From Glaucostegus cemiculus (lineage: Eukaryota): a stretch of 64,000 nt of DNA. The stretch lies in contig CDPCPM010000029.1 in the NCBI GenBank assembly GCA_976551045.1, forward strand, positions 682,001-746,000, in the 5' to 3' direction. Every line of letters begins with the position of its first letter. Within the stretch, counting starts at the first letter, position 1. A model generated the notes under the pieces. The model made no database searches and was not told the DNA's origin. It saw nothing but the letters and a program-made list of their open reading frames with translations. Shown one piece after another: positions 23,435 through 35,660 of the stretch. The translations under genes were made by a program, and so were the position numbers.

Positions 23435-25730
23435 AAAACGCAATGATGCTGGAGGAACTCAGCAGGCCAGGCAACATCCATGGAGAGAAGCAGGTGTCAA
23501 TGTTTTGGGTTGGGACCCTTCTTCAGGACTGAAGATAGGTAAAGGGGAAGCCCAATATATAGGAGGGAAAAGCAGAGCAGTGGTAGGTGGACAAAAGAGG
23601 GGAGGTGGGGTGGGCACAAGGTAATGATAGGTAGATGCAGGTGAGAGATAGTGAGAGGCAGGTGCAGGGGAGGAGGGGAGAGCAGATCCACCAGGGGATG
23701 GGTCAAAGGAAAGGAGAGAGGAAAAAAAAAGGTAGAAAAAAAGAGGCTAGGAAAGGGAAGAAGAGTAGCATGCTGGGGGAGGGTTGTGGGGGAGCGGGGT
23801 GGGGATTATTTAAAGTGTATGAATTCAATGTTCATGCAGTTAGGCTGCAAGGTTCCAAGATGGAAAATGAGGTGCCGTTCCTCCATTTTGTGCTTGGAAT
23901 TTTCCTGGCAGTGGAGGAGGCCAAGGACTGACATATCAATGATACTGTGGGACGGGGAGTTGAAGTGACTGGTCACAGGGACGTGCAAATCGTAGTTATG
24001 AACAGACCACAGGTGTTCTGCAAAAGAGTCGCCTTGTCTGTGTTTAGTCTCACCAATGTAGAGGAGGCCACACTTGGAGTAGCAAATGCAGTAGATGATA
24101 TTAGGAGCTCAACTCACCTGAAAGGACTGTTTGGGTTCCTGGATGGAGGTGATGTAGCGGCAGGTATTGTACCTATGGTGGGGTCAGTGGAAGGTTCCCG
24201 GGGTGGGAGCAGGATGGGTGGGGGAGTCAACGAGGGAGTCACGGAGCGTGGAGAGACCGGTCCCTGTGAAAAGCAGAAAGGGGTGGGGAGGGGAAAATGG
24301 TGGAGTCCCGTTTGAGGTGGCAGAAGTAGCGGAGAATGATGTGTTGGATATGTAGGCTGTGGAATGAAAAATGAAGACAAGGGGAACCCTATCCCTATTG
24401 GGTATGGGTGGGGTGGCGGTGAGAGCAGAGATGCAGGAAATGTCAGAGATATGGGTGCGGGCTCTTTTGACCACAGTCAGGGGGAAGCCCTGGTTAGAAA
24501 AGAAGTTGGACATCTCGGATGTCCTGGAGTGGAAAGCCTCATCATGGGAGCAGATGAGGTGGAGAAATTGAGAAAAAGAGAGAGAATTCTTGCAAGGGGC
24601 AGGGTGGGAGGAGCTGTAATCGAGGTCGCTGTGGGTGTCAATGGGTTTGTAGAAGATGTCAGTGGATAAGGAATCTCCTGAGATAGAGATGGAAAGATTG
24701 AGAAAGGGAAGAGAAGTGTCAGAGATAGTCCGAGTGAATTGGAGAGCAGGGTGAAAATTAGCGGTGAAGTTTATGAAACTGTTGAGTTCTACACAGGTAC
24801 AAGAGGTGGCACTGATGCAGTCATTGATATAGTGGAGAAAGAGTTGAGGAGTGAGGCTGGAGTAGGCTTGGAACGGAGACTGTTCCACCCAGCCAATGAA
24901 GAGACAGGCATAGCTGGGGCCCATGTGAGTGCCCATGACCATGTCCTTGGTCTGTAGAAAGTGAAAGGAGTTGAAAGTGAAGTTGTTAAGGGTGAAGACA
25001 TGTTCAGCCAGGCGGAGGAGAGTGTTAGTGGAAGGGGACTGGTTCTGTCTCTGGTCAAGAAAGAAAGAGGGTGGTGAGGCTGTCATGATGGAGAATGGAG
25101 GTACATGGGGACTGGATGTACATGGTGAAGATGAAGTTGTGTGTGCCGGAGAACTTAAAACTATAGAAGAGTTGGAGAGCGTGTGATGTGTCACGGACAT
25201 AGGTGGGAACTGATTGGGCTGGGGAGACAGGGTAGTGTCCAGGTACGAGGATACAAGTTCCATGAAGCAAGAGCATGTGGAGACAATGGGTCTGCTGGGA
25301 CAGTTCTTCTGGGATTTTGGGGAGGAAGTAGAAGTGGGCAGCCCTAGGTTACGGGACTATCATGTTGGTAGCTGTTGGGGGGAGATCTCCCGAGGTGATG
25401 AGGTCAGTGACGGTGCCAGAGATAATGTCCTGGTGGTCCTAGGTAGGTCATGGTTCAGGGGTAGGTAGGAGGAAGTGCCCGAGAGTTGGCATCTAACCTT
25501 TGCAAGGTAGAGGTCAGTACGCCAGACTACCAAGGCACCACCTTTGTCGGCTGGTACTGGTTAGCGCGGAGGGAGTGGAGAACAGAGTGTTCAGAAGGGT
25601 AGGGTTGGAGTACGTGAGAGGGGCAGGGAAATCGAGATGGCTGATAGCGCACTGACAGTTGGTTATGAATAGGTCCAGGGAAGATAACAGGCCCCGGTGG
25701 GGGAGTCCAGGTCAAATAAAGGAGCTGGAG
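23435..25730 (-). mobile_element. Penelope-like retroelement (RT plus GIY-YIG remnant, 3' pLTR), degraded
   Basis: LLRLAEHVFTLNNFTFN..FLQ..MGTHMGPSYACLF, YIND (YIDD-like), FHPALQFT, LPFL, IFYKP..HS.LDYSSSHP; C-terminal KMEERHLIFHLGTLQPNCMNIEF; pLTR at 23435-23530. Confidence 0.9.
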
Positions 25731-25977
25731 GTTTATCTGTTGTTGATTCAACATGAGGACTAACTGGTGATTGTTAAAGGACCATAAGAGATCATTCCTA
25801 GATGCTGCTGCCAATTATCCTGTGTCCAGCTGTTCACCAGTGTGTCTGAAAATGAGGCCCAAGATAAGACCTGTTTGGATTTGGGGTTTCCAGCACTCCT
25901 CTGATGCTGTAGACCAATTTCTAACCTGATATATTTAATGAGGACAAAACATGTATGATTTATTATTTGTGTTACAG

Positions 25978-26134
25978 GCAAGAGGTTAACAGGAAAGCTG
26001 ATGAAGTAAGTTACGAATGTGAAATCCAGGCTGAGGTTGCAGAACTTCTGGAAGACTATCAAGAAGACTATGAGAGTAAGATGGAAGAATATAAAATAAA
26101 GTATGAGGAATGGAAAACCTGGAAAAAGGCAAAA
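25978..26134 (+). CDS. CC2D2A: CC2D2A window-exon 8 (157 nt, coiled coil)
   Basis: ttacag|G CAA GAG...GCA AAA|gtgagt; QEVNRKADEVSYECEIQAEVAELLEDYQEDYESKMEEY...WKTWKKAK; phase 2 to 0. Confidence 0.95.
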
Positions 26135-26429
26135 GTGAGTGTTTGCTTTGTTTTGCTAACAAGTTATGATTATTTTCTATACAATGAAATGTGTGCTTCA
26201 ATCAAACTTCTAATTAAAGTAACTTTATTGACAATAATTAATAATGTTTGATCGAAGCACACATTTAATTCCACAGTAGTCCTCCGCCAAACTAACATGT
26301 CCAGTTTCGTTTACATTCTACATGCTTAGAGTTTTCTTCTTGTGTGGTGTATGTTTTTCCATTGATGAAGGCAGAGAAGGGGATTGAATTTTCCAGTTAT
26401 CAAGATGATTAATTTCCTATTAAAATTAA

Positions 26430-26535
26430 AATACTGCAGTTGCAGGAAACCTGAAATAAAAACAGAGATTGCTGGAAGTGCTCAGCAGATCAGACGGAAT
26501 CTGTTGGAAGAGAACCAGAGTTAAAGTTTCAAATC
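26430..26535 (-). mobile_element. Penelope pLTR fragment
   Basis: aaatactgcag..gcaggaaacctgaaataaaacagag..tgctggaagtgctcagcagatcag...agagttaaagtttca; same family as the 6681 arms. Confidence 0.7.
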
Positions 26536-26540
26536 AATAA

Positions 26541-26770
26541 CCGCTGTCTGTAAGGTTTTTGTACATTCTCCCTGTGTCTGCGTTGGTTTCCTCTGGGTGC
26601 TCCAGTTTCCTCCCACATTCCAAAGATGTACGGGTTAGTAAGTTGTGGGCATACTATGTTGGTGCCGGAAGCACGGTGACACTGTGGACTGCTCCCAGAA
26701 TACTCTACGCAAAAGATGAATTTCACTGTGTGTTTTGATGTACATGTGACTAATAAAGATATCTTATATC
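26541..26770 (+). mobile_element. V-SINE family B, 5'-truncated
   Basis: V-domain plus family B tail GTACATGTGACTAATAAAGATATCTTATATC. Confidence 0.88.
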
Positions 26771-27832
26771 TCCTTTGAACTTTTCCCTTCTCACCTTAAA
26801 TGCATGCCCTCTAGTATTAGACATATTGATCCTGGGAGAAAGATAGTGACTATCTACTCTATCTATGCCTCTCAACTTTATAAACTTCTATCAGGTCTCC
26901 CCTCAGCCTTCACTGCTTTAGAGGAAACAAACATAGTTTGTCCAACCTCTCCTTATATCACATACCCTCTAATCCAGGCAGCATCCTGGTAAACCTCTCC
27001 TGCACCCTCTCCAAAACCTCCACATCCTTCCTATGATAGCACAACCAGAACTGAATGCAGTACTCTGAATGTGGCCTAACCAGAGTTTCATAAAGCTGCA
27101 ACATAACTTCCTGACTCTTGAACTCAATGCTTTGACCAATAAAGGCACACATTCCATACACCTTCTTTACCTCCTATTGACTTATGCCACCATTTTCAGG
27201 GAGCAATAGACTTGGATCCCAAGATCCTTCTGTACATCATCACTGTTAAGGATCCTGCCATTAACCATGTATTTTTCCTTTACATTTAATCTCCCAAAGC
27301 GAAACACCTCACACTTGCCTGAATTAAACTTCATCTGCCATTTCTCCACTCACATCTGCATCTGATCTATATTTCACTATATCCTTTGGCAATCTTCTAC
27401 GCTATCCACAATGCCACCACTCTTTGTGTCATCTGCAAACTTACTAACACACCCATCCATGTTTAAGTCCAAGTCACATATATATCACAAACAGCAGAGG
27501 TCCCAGTAAGGGTCCCTGCAGAACTAGTCACAACCTCCAACTAAAATAAGACACATCCACCACTACCCTCTGTTTTCTATGGGCAAGCCAATTGTGAATC
27601 CAAATGGCTAGATCACCATGGATCCCATGCATCTTAATCTTCTGGATGTGCCTGCCAAAAGGGACCTTGTCGAATGCCTTACTAAAATCCATGTAGACAA
27701 CATCCACTCCTCTACCTTGATTGATCACCCTCATCACTGCCTTGAAAAACTCAATTAGTAATTAGGCCGTGCTTTTCCAAATACTCATAAATCCTATCCC
27801 TAAGAATCCTTTCCGATAGCTTTCCTACCACT
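26771..27832 (-). mobile_element. CR1 LINE fragment
   Basis: Minus frames VDVVYMDFSKAFDKVP, WIHNWLAHRKQRVVV, LYETLVRPHSEYCIQFW, LERVQERFTRMLPGL. Confidence 0.9.
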
Positions 27833-28214
27833 TTTTCTTTCACATTTTTCCTTGCATCTCATCCACCAAATTTCACCAACCACAATTAATACAGGAGAGG
27901 GAAAATATATATTCTAGGTTTGTAGATTGTAAATCAACTCATGGAGATTATATGAACATCAGCTCATGGAGATGATAGGAGCGTTATGGCCTAATATTCT
28001 ACCTGTGTCTGACTTCTACAATTGCCTCCATGGTCCATTGGCATCAGTCATTATAGGAACTCTTTAAGCAGAAATTTGTATGTATTTAGAAAAAGTACTA
28101 TTTAAAATAGTAAAATTTATTCTTGATTTTTCAACATGTTACTAAACATGCTTAGTTGATCTTGGTATCGATAGATTATTACTAAGAATTTAGCTTGGCT
28201 CTGCTCATTGACAG

Positions 28215-28450
28215 AAAGCAAAGAAAAAAAAGAAGAAAGGTGCAGATGAGCAGCAGGCTGATGACACAGATGAGAGTTTGATGGTTGAAGAATTTCCAAA
28301 GCCTGATCCTCCAGAGCCGGTTGATCCTTCAATCATAGAGCAGCAAGTCCGGGCAACAGCCGCCAGAATTTATCGGAAACCAGGAGAACCTGTCCTGTCT
28401 CCGGAACTGAGCATGACAGCTACAGTAACACCCACCAGTCAGTGCCCAAG
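28215..28450 (+). CDS. CC2D2A: CC2D2A window-exon 9 (236 nt)
   Basis: tgacag|AAA GCA AAG...CCA AG|gtaggc; KAKKKKKGADEQQ...KPDPPEPVDPSIIEQQVR...RKPGEPVLSPELSMTATVTPTSQCPR; phase 0 to 2. Confidence 0.94.
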
Positions 28451-28739
28451 GTAGGCCACATTACTAATATTAGGTGGTATGTCTGCCAGGACTAGGAGCA
28501 GATAAGCAAAAGGATTACACTACAGTGCTAAGCCCTTTGAAATGAAATATCTCTTTAAGCTATTTAAAACTATTTATGTCTGAGCACACAGGCCTAGAAA
28601 CTTGGTTGCATGGCTCCCAAACAATAGTGTTGTGCAGTTAAAAATTAGCTTAACCCAGAGTATGGCAATGCATCCATTTTTTTTTTTTCATTTTTGTCAA
28701 TGTGTGATGAGATTCACTCTAAGAGCAAATTGAGAATTA

Positions 28740-28973
28740 NNNNNNNNNNNNNNNNNNNNNNNNNNNNNNNNNNNNNNNNNNNNNNNNNNNNNNNNNNNNN
28801 NNNNNNNNNNNNNNNNNNNNNNNNNNNNNNNNNNNNNNNNNNNNNNNNNNNNNNNNNNNNNNNNNNNNNNNNNNNNNNNNNNNNNNNNNNNNNNNNNNNN
28901 NNNNNNNNNNNNNNNNNNNNNNNNNNNNNNNNNNNNNNNNNNNNNNNNNNNNNNNNNNNNNNNNNNNNNNNNN
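28740..28973. other. Assembly gap (234 N)
   Basis: Run of N. Confidence 1.
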
Positions 28974-29361
28974 GGGGTGGAGGGCTAATTAAACATGGGT
29001 TTCCCAGGGCGTCAAGTTCTTTGCCCAACCACTTTGGTCAGCTGCAGCACAGAATCACAGATTGAGGGATCTCTGAGCATTTATCATTTCACAGAAGCCT
29101 CAACCTGTTCAAAGTGTTTGCAAAAAGAAATGTTTATGGAAGCTAAAAATTACAAGTGATGACAAAAATGATATCCTGGGAGGTAGATTGTAATCATAAA
29201 TTTTAGTATTTGCATAATTCATCTGCAATGAGATTTTCAGTTTCATTGGTCTGAAAAATGACAGTCCTTATTTACTCAGAAAACAACTGGGTTTTGCCAA
29301 CTTCTCCCCTGAAGCCATGCTTTTTAAGGGAAAACATTCAAGCTGCTTTGAAAATCAAAAA

Positions 29362-29480
29362 GAAAACTGATGATGCTAGAAATCTTCAAAAAAAAAGCAA
29401 GAAATGCTGGAAATACACAGGCCGCATCTGTGGGAAGATAAAAAGAGTCAATGTTTTAGGTCAGGGACCCTTTGTCAGAA
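29362..29480 (-). mobile_element. Penelope pLTR fragment
   Basis: gatgctagaaatc...aatgctggaaatac..caggc.gcatctgtgg...agagtcaatgttttaggtcagggaccctttgtcag. Confidence 0.65.
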
Positions 29481-30256
29481 ACTCAAACTGTTCTGTTTGT
29501 CCTCATTGAGATCTGTGACCTCCTGGAAGTCAGGGTCACTCTCAGTTTCTTAGCCTCAAGACCCTTTGCAGACTGCTGTTGCCAATCTCCGGCACATCCC
29601 AAATTCTAATGCTGATTGATATGTATTAGAGGTCACCCAAACTCCATATTTCAGGACGAGGAACTTGCAATTTTCCATCAGGCCACAGAAGCATTGCAGG
29701 CTCACCCAAACTTCAGGCATGCATTAAGTGCAGTCATGTCATAACAAGGACATCCCTGGCACCCTCCTGCCAGAAGCACCTGCTGCAGCCTTGGTCTGTG
29801 TCCCCTTTGCACCAGTAATCTGTGAATCTGATTGACAGAAATAAAACAGTAAAAATCTGCAAAGTGGCATTCTCCAATTTTTCTACTGTTTTTGGCAACA
29901 ATTTCAAATTATAGTGGGTCTGGTTTTCCTGTAGTTCCTTGTGTATTTCTTTCTGCCTTATTTGTAAAGGAGATGTTAATTTTTTATTAAAATTGTTCAA
30001 CTCGTGTAAAAAAAATTGGGGTATATTTGAAAAAGATCTATTTGCTTTTCACCCAACATAGAATGCTAAATTTTGTTGAGGCCAGCATGTTGTTCCACTT
30101 TGTTTTAAATATATGGATATTGAAAAATCATTCCCCTGTACTACTATGTGTGTACTACTAAGTATTCCAAGTGTGTTTCCAGCAAAATTGATTTAGAGTG
30201 CAGGAATGAAAACTTAAAATGCAATTTGAAAACAAATTGTTTATTTTCTTCTCCAG

Positions 30257-30434
30257 AGGAGAACAACTGCGAAGACAGGATGTACAGCGATGCACTCTAT
30301 TTGCTAAAGTTCTCTTTAACAACAAAGGGGTATCCAGGACTAGTAGTCGAACATTGGGTGCTGATTTTAGAATTCATTTTGGGCAAATCTTCAACTTGCA
30401 AATAGTCAACTGGCCAGAAAGTATAAAGATTCAG
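30257..30434 (+). CDS. CC2D2A: CC2D2A window-exon 10 (178 nt, N-terminal C2-type domain)
   Basis: ctccag|A GGA GAA...ATT CAG|gtattt; [43 protein letters not shown]; phase 2 to 0. Confidence 0.96.
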
Positions 30435-30602
30435 GTATTTTTACAAGAATACTTCCTTTGACCCAACTAATGTTCTTAAAGGTGATATTTATTTAAATAT
30501 TGAGCAGATTTCTTTAATTTGTATTGCTGCTGAACCATTCTTTTTGTAATTAGTTCCAGCCAAGAACATCATGAGACAGGTGAAATTGTTTCTTCATATG
30601 TA

Positions 30603-30812
30603 CCCATGTCTGTGTGGGTTTCCTCCGGGTGCTCTGGTTTCCTCCCACATTCCAAAGACATACGGGTTAGGAAGTTGTGGGCACGCTATGTTGACACCAG
30701 AAGCGAGGTGACACTTGCGGGCTGCCCCCAGAACATTCAACACAAAAGATGTATTTCACTGTGTTTCGATGTACATGTGACTAATAAAGATATCTTATCT
30801 TATATCTTATCA
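30603..30812 (+). mobile_element. V-SINE family B, 5'-truncated
   Basis: V-domain plus family B tail ending (ATCTT)n. Confidence 0.88.
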
Positions 30813-31232
30813 AATCTTTTTAATATTTTAAGTAGCTCAAATATACAACTTCTCATCTCCCAAGTACAAAAATAGATCCTAATCTTTAATTAAACCTATG
30901 AGTCCCAGCATCCTCCAGGTGAATCTGTATTCAGTACTGTACACTGAGATGCAGTGTACAGTACTGAATACAATATTCTCGAGGGTTTGAGAGAGACTCT
31001 GTACAACTGAATAATTGAGCCAGATAGTGCTTAATCCAGCAGGAGCCTGTTCCCTGCACTGTTCATATGGCTGCAGCTTTTGCAGCTCTTCTGGGCCACT
31101 TAAGCTGTATGATTCACAGCAGCAGCTATTTCCTGAGGTGGAGGGTTCTGCCATTGGTGACAAGGCCTCAGATGGTGGATCCTGAGGTGCAGGACAGATC
31201 AAGTGTAATCTGGCCCATTGAGATCAAGTATG

Positions 31233-31515
31233 ATGGTAGCATAGTTGTTAGCACAATGCTTTACAACGCCAGCGACCGGGGTTCAAATCCGGCCACTGTC
31301 TGTAAGGAGTTTGTACATTTTCCCCATGTCTGTGTGGGTTTCCTCTGGGTGCTCTGGTTTCCTCCCAAAGACGTACAGGTTAGGAAGTTATGGGCATGCT
31401 ATGTTGGCGCCGGAAGCGTGGCAACACTTGCGGGCTGTCCCCCAAAATCACTGCGCAAAGGATGTATTTCACTGTGTGCTTCGATATACATGTGACTAAT
31501 AAAGATCTTATCTTA
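31233..31515 (+). mobile_element. V-SINE family B, near full length
   Basis: tRNA-like head (GGTTCAAATCC), V-domain, family B tail. Confidence 0.88.
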
Positions 31516-32096
31516 AAATAGAGAAAAAGAAATAAAGCACTTACTTACCTGTACTTTTTGTCAATGATGATGTTTCCAATCAAATCAACGGGAAAGTGCC
31601 AAATGTGGTATTCTGGAGGAGAACTAAGAGGCTAGATTGGAATTGCATCAGACTTCTCAGCTCATGATGTTTATGTTCCACCCTGGATTCAGTGCTGGGT
31701 CCAGCAGTGGGGTGGGGTTAGGTGGGGGTCAAGAGTCAAGTGCACTGGCCTCTGACCTCCGACTCATTCCTGAGTTCTGCATTGCAGTGCACAGACACAA
31801 AAATTAAAAGCAACCAAATACCTGTAAGTGCAGCTGGCCAGTGATCCTATATGGAGTCACCAGCTGGTGAGAAGCACCAGCTAGCCTAGTCTATTGTGTT
31901 CCTGTACTGTGCACTAAAGTGCCTGTAAGTCCATTATTCCCAGTAAAACAAAACGCGTAGAATGCTATCTTCCAATGCGATTTTAAAATGATATAACTTA
32001 AGTAACTTTATTAAATTTTGAAATTTTCTGTGCCGACTAAAGTAATGCGATTTTGCTTATTTCTATGTTTATATGTTTCTTCTCTCTCCCCTATAG

Positions 32097-32247
32097 ATAT
32101 TCGAAACTGTGGGAACAAACACCACAAAGATAGAAGTCTTTGTTCCCATCCCAGAAACCAGCGTCCTCACAGGGAGTGCTCCAATTGATGAAATCGAGTT
32201 TAGTAGTGATCATCGTGTGATGTTTGACCATGAAGGCGTTGGCAGCG
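32097..32247 (+). CDS. CC2D2A: CC2D2A window-exon 11 (151 nt)
   Basis: ctatag|ATA TTC GAA...AGC G|gtaggt; IFETVGTNTTKIEVFVPIPETSVLTGSAPIDEIEFSSDHRVMFDHEGVGS; phase 0 to 1. Confidence 0.95.
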
Positions 32248-32654
32248 GTAGGTTTCAAATGCAAGGTTTTAATCTAGTAACTTTATTCAATGAGGAAAAA
32301 AAGTGATTATCATATTGGTGTCTTTCCTCCTCTCCTCATTTCCCCACCTCCCCTCCTTATTCTGCTTAATAATTTTCATTAAACTAGGCATACTGGGAAG
32401 AAAAAATACAATATTTTGGTAAATATGTCAATGCTCTGAAATTCAGTCATATAGCACTGTGTCTCTTGGTTCATATTTCCCCAATAATGACCATTTCCAG
32501 GTTGTTTTATGGCCCTTCAGAAATTTGTGTAGCACTGACTGATGCAATAACACAACACTCCTGTAAATTAACACCCTTAGGTTCCCCTCTCCAATGCCGT
32601 CCCCCACTTCCAGCGTCTCAAGCTGAGGCCCTGCCGATCCTACTGTCTCTATAA

Positions 32655-32753
32655 GAGCAACAAACAATCTGCAGGGGGAACTCAGCAGGTCAAGCAGCAT
32701 CTGTGGGAGGAAAGGAATTGTGGCTGTTTCAGGTCAAAACCCTGCATCAGGAT
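32655..32753 (-). mobile_element. Penelope pLTR fragment
   Basis: gaactcagcaggtcaagcagcatctgtgg...gtttcaggtcaaaaccctgcatcagga (minus strand: CTGATGCAGGGTTTTGACCTGAAAC). Confidence 0.7.
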
Positions 32754-33494
32754 CCTTAAGAGCTATAATTCTCTATAAGAGCTCTGATCACCATCTTTCG
32801 CACCCTCTGTTTAACACTAACTAAAGCACAGTTCTTGACCATAGGACCCAATTCTTCCAAACAATTTCTCCCTTCACTGACACACTCCCCTAGTCCTAAA
32901 GAAAGGTCACAATCATGGTCATCTGCCACCAGCCCTTCCTCTCCATCTCTTCACTACCATACCCATCCTTGGTCCCTGCCGGCACACCAATATGGACTAT
33001 TAAGACTTCTAACTTTCAAAAAGGTCATCATGTGGCTGGAGTTCTCTTGTGAAATATAGAACTGTTTAACTTATCTTAAAAAAACATAAGGAATGTTTGC
33101 CCACCAAGATCATTGTTTTGATCTTTTGATCCGGCAGTTGTAACTTATAACAATTTTGCTATAAGTGTGTTTCTCTTTACTTTCTAGAATTATTTCCTTC
33201 ACTTGTTGGTAGGTTAATGTAAAGCTCATATTTGTTCCTCTCTCCAGCCAACGTCACATGTTTGAATCTATATACTCTATGTATTTCCAGCTTTGTTCAC
33301 CTCTTTAGTATCAAATGGGTATTTATATTACCAAGCGTTGGCACCCTTCAAACTGTGGTCTCCAATGATAACTGAAAGATGGGAGGACTTGTCCAAGAGA
33401 AATTTTTGGTCTTTCTTTATTCTGTTCTGTCCTTCATATTATCTTTAAAATCCTCCTGGATATTCATCATACCATAATAATTGGGTATTTCCTT

Positions 33495-34110
33495 CCTCTA
33501 CTTCTTCAGGAGGCTAAAGAAATCTGGCATGTCCCCTTTGACCCTCACCAATTTTTATCAATGCACCATAGAAAGCATCCTATCCAGATGCATCACGGCT
33601 TGATATGGCAACTGCTTTACCCATGACTGCAAAAAACTGCTGAGAGTTGTGGACACAGCTCAGCACATCACAGAAACCAACCTCCCCTCCATGGACTCTG
33701 TCTACACTTCTCGCTTCCTCCGTAAAGCAATCAGAATAATCAAAGACCCCACCCACCCCGGATATTCTCTCTTCTTGCCCCCTCCCACTGGGCAGAAGAT
33801 ACAAAAGCCTGAAAGCATGTACCACCAGGGTCAAGGACAGCTCCTATCCTGTTGTTATAAGACTATTGATTGGTTCCCTGGTACAATAAGATGGGCTGTT
33901 GATCTTACAATCTACCTCACTATGACCTTGCACCTTATTGTCTACCTGCACTGCACTTTCTCTGTAACTGTAACACTTTATTCTGCATTCTGTTATTTTA
34001 CCTTGTACTACCTCAATGCACTATGGTAATTGATTGGTATGAACGGTATGCAAGACCGTTTCTCATGATGTTTTTCACTGTACCTCAGCAAACCAATTTA
34101 ATATACCAAC
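33495..34110 (+). mobile_element. Rex1/Babar family 2 LINE, 3' part
   Basis: YFFRRLKK..LTNFYQCTIESIL..CITAW.GNC, IIKDPTHPG; 3' UTR shared with the 18455, 40685 and 59123 copies. Confidence 0.88.
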
Positions 34111-34447
34111 CTTTTTGCTGGGTGAATACAACTAGAAAATAATTATCCAAATATTTTTCTTTTAAATATGTAGTCTTTGTAATTTAATCATTTTTACTGT
34201 GACATGGAAAATAGAATTATTGATTCTTCTTTGCATCCTTTGCTGTCTTCACCTATGGTTTAATTTTATTGTTAATACTTACTTTATTTTATTGGATGAA
34301 ATACAAGAAATTAATATTCACAACCAAATGGTGAGAAGAACCAAGTATTTATTGCACTTGAAAAGCTGCCTCATTATCTTAATCCAGTAACTGCTCAAAC
34401 CTGTTAGTTTCTAGAAAGGTAATCAACTTTATTCTCCTTGGTTCCAG

Positions 34448-34595
34448 GTGTGCCATTTTCCTTTGAAGCTGATGGAAGCAATCAGTTGATCCTATTGACC
34501 TCCGGCAAACTAGCTTGTAGTGTGTCCTGGGCAGTGGGTGAGGATGGTGTACCTTTGGTGCCTCCAATGCTTCGAAAAAATTATGGGATTCAAAG
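34448..34595 (+). CDS. CC2D2A: CC2D2A window-exon 12 (148 nt)
   Basis: ttccag|GT GTG CCA...CAA AG|gtaaaa; [40 protein letters not shown]; phase 1 to 2. Confidence 0.95.
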
Positions 34596-35344
34596 GTAAA
34601 AGATTCAACTTAGTTTGAAATGTGTATTTTCTAATCTAGAGGCAAAATTAGTTCTTCTTTTGGAGTATGGAGAAAAAATAATCAATGATTTAGGCTATGA
34701 AAGTATGTGTAAAATTACAAAATTTAAAGCACTTATTTTTAGTTTTAAAATAAGATGTATTTTCATTAACAATGATGGTTACTGCTGTCACATGAAGGAA
34801 TGTTGAATATCTCCATAACGTAAGGAGCTGAAGATGGTCACTTAAGTAAAAAAAAAAGCACTCAGTTAAACAAGGTCAGATAAGCTCTTATTGTCCAATA
34901 GGCTACCATTAATAATTAATGATTTCCTCCTCATCAGTTAGTTGTCTGTATTATATTATTAGGTTCTATTAAATTCAGGTAGTGTTTGTGAGGCTGGACT
35001 TAAGATTAGTTCTTATTGTTCCAGTGCAATGGTTAATGAGTTTTTAAAAATCAGTTTTAGATCTCCAGCTATTCATTTGCTTCAAATATTTGAAATTATG
35101 CAAAAAGAAGTTATGTTTTCTTTGTTGCTTTTCTGATTACAATAGTATGTTCCATAAACTAATTCAAATGGTACTGTACATCTGCACTTAAAATAGTAGT
35201 CTGACGATGCAGACTAAGTGACACTGATTAACGTTGAAGAATTCTGATAACTATGTTGTTGAATCCATGACCTACTTGTTGGAATGCCAAAGTAATGATT
35301 AGAAGATACCAGAGCCTTGAACGAGCATTCTGCATGTGTGAGTT

Positions 35345-35660
35345 CTAATTTACTACAACCATTAGAGAACTTAGATTCAATAACAATTGAACTAAATTGA
35401 AATAAAATCACTAATAGTGACCATAAATGCACAGGATTATCATTAAAGCCCATCTGTTCAATAGTGCCCTTTCAGGGAAGGAAATCTGCTGTCCTTGCCC
35501 AATCTGAGCTCAAAGTGATACAGATCTGCAGCAATGTGGTTGACTCTTTGAGTAGCTAATGCGGCACGGTAAACTGCTCAGTTTAATGGCAATTAGGGAT
35601 AGGCAACAAATACCAATCTTCCCAATGACATCCACATCCTGTGAATTAGACAAAAAGAAT
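35345..35660 (+). mobile_element. Ancient SINE-like repeat (family C; second copy at 59690-59950)
   Basis: Shared blocks gaccat.aa...caggat.at, ttcagg.aaggaa.tctgc.gtc.., caatgt...g..tctt; tail gcaattagggataggcaacaaat. Confidence 0.55.

Noticed and set aside
24184-25263. 359-aa minus-strand ORF as a host or domesticated gene
   Set aside because: It is a frameshift-bounded piece of Penelope RT with a decayed catalytic motif (YIND instead of YIDD).
26110-28240. Polybasic WKKAKKAKKKKK motif across the exon 8/9 junction as a novel NLS
   Set aside because: A similar basic run occurs at this position in human CC2D2A as I recall it, so it is not lineage-specific.
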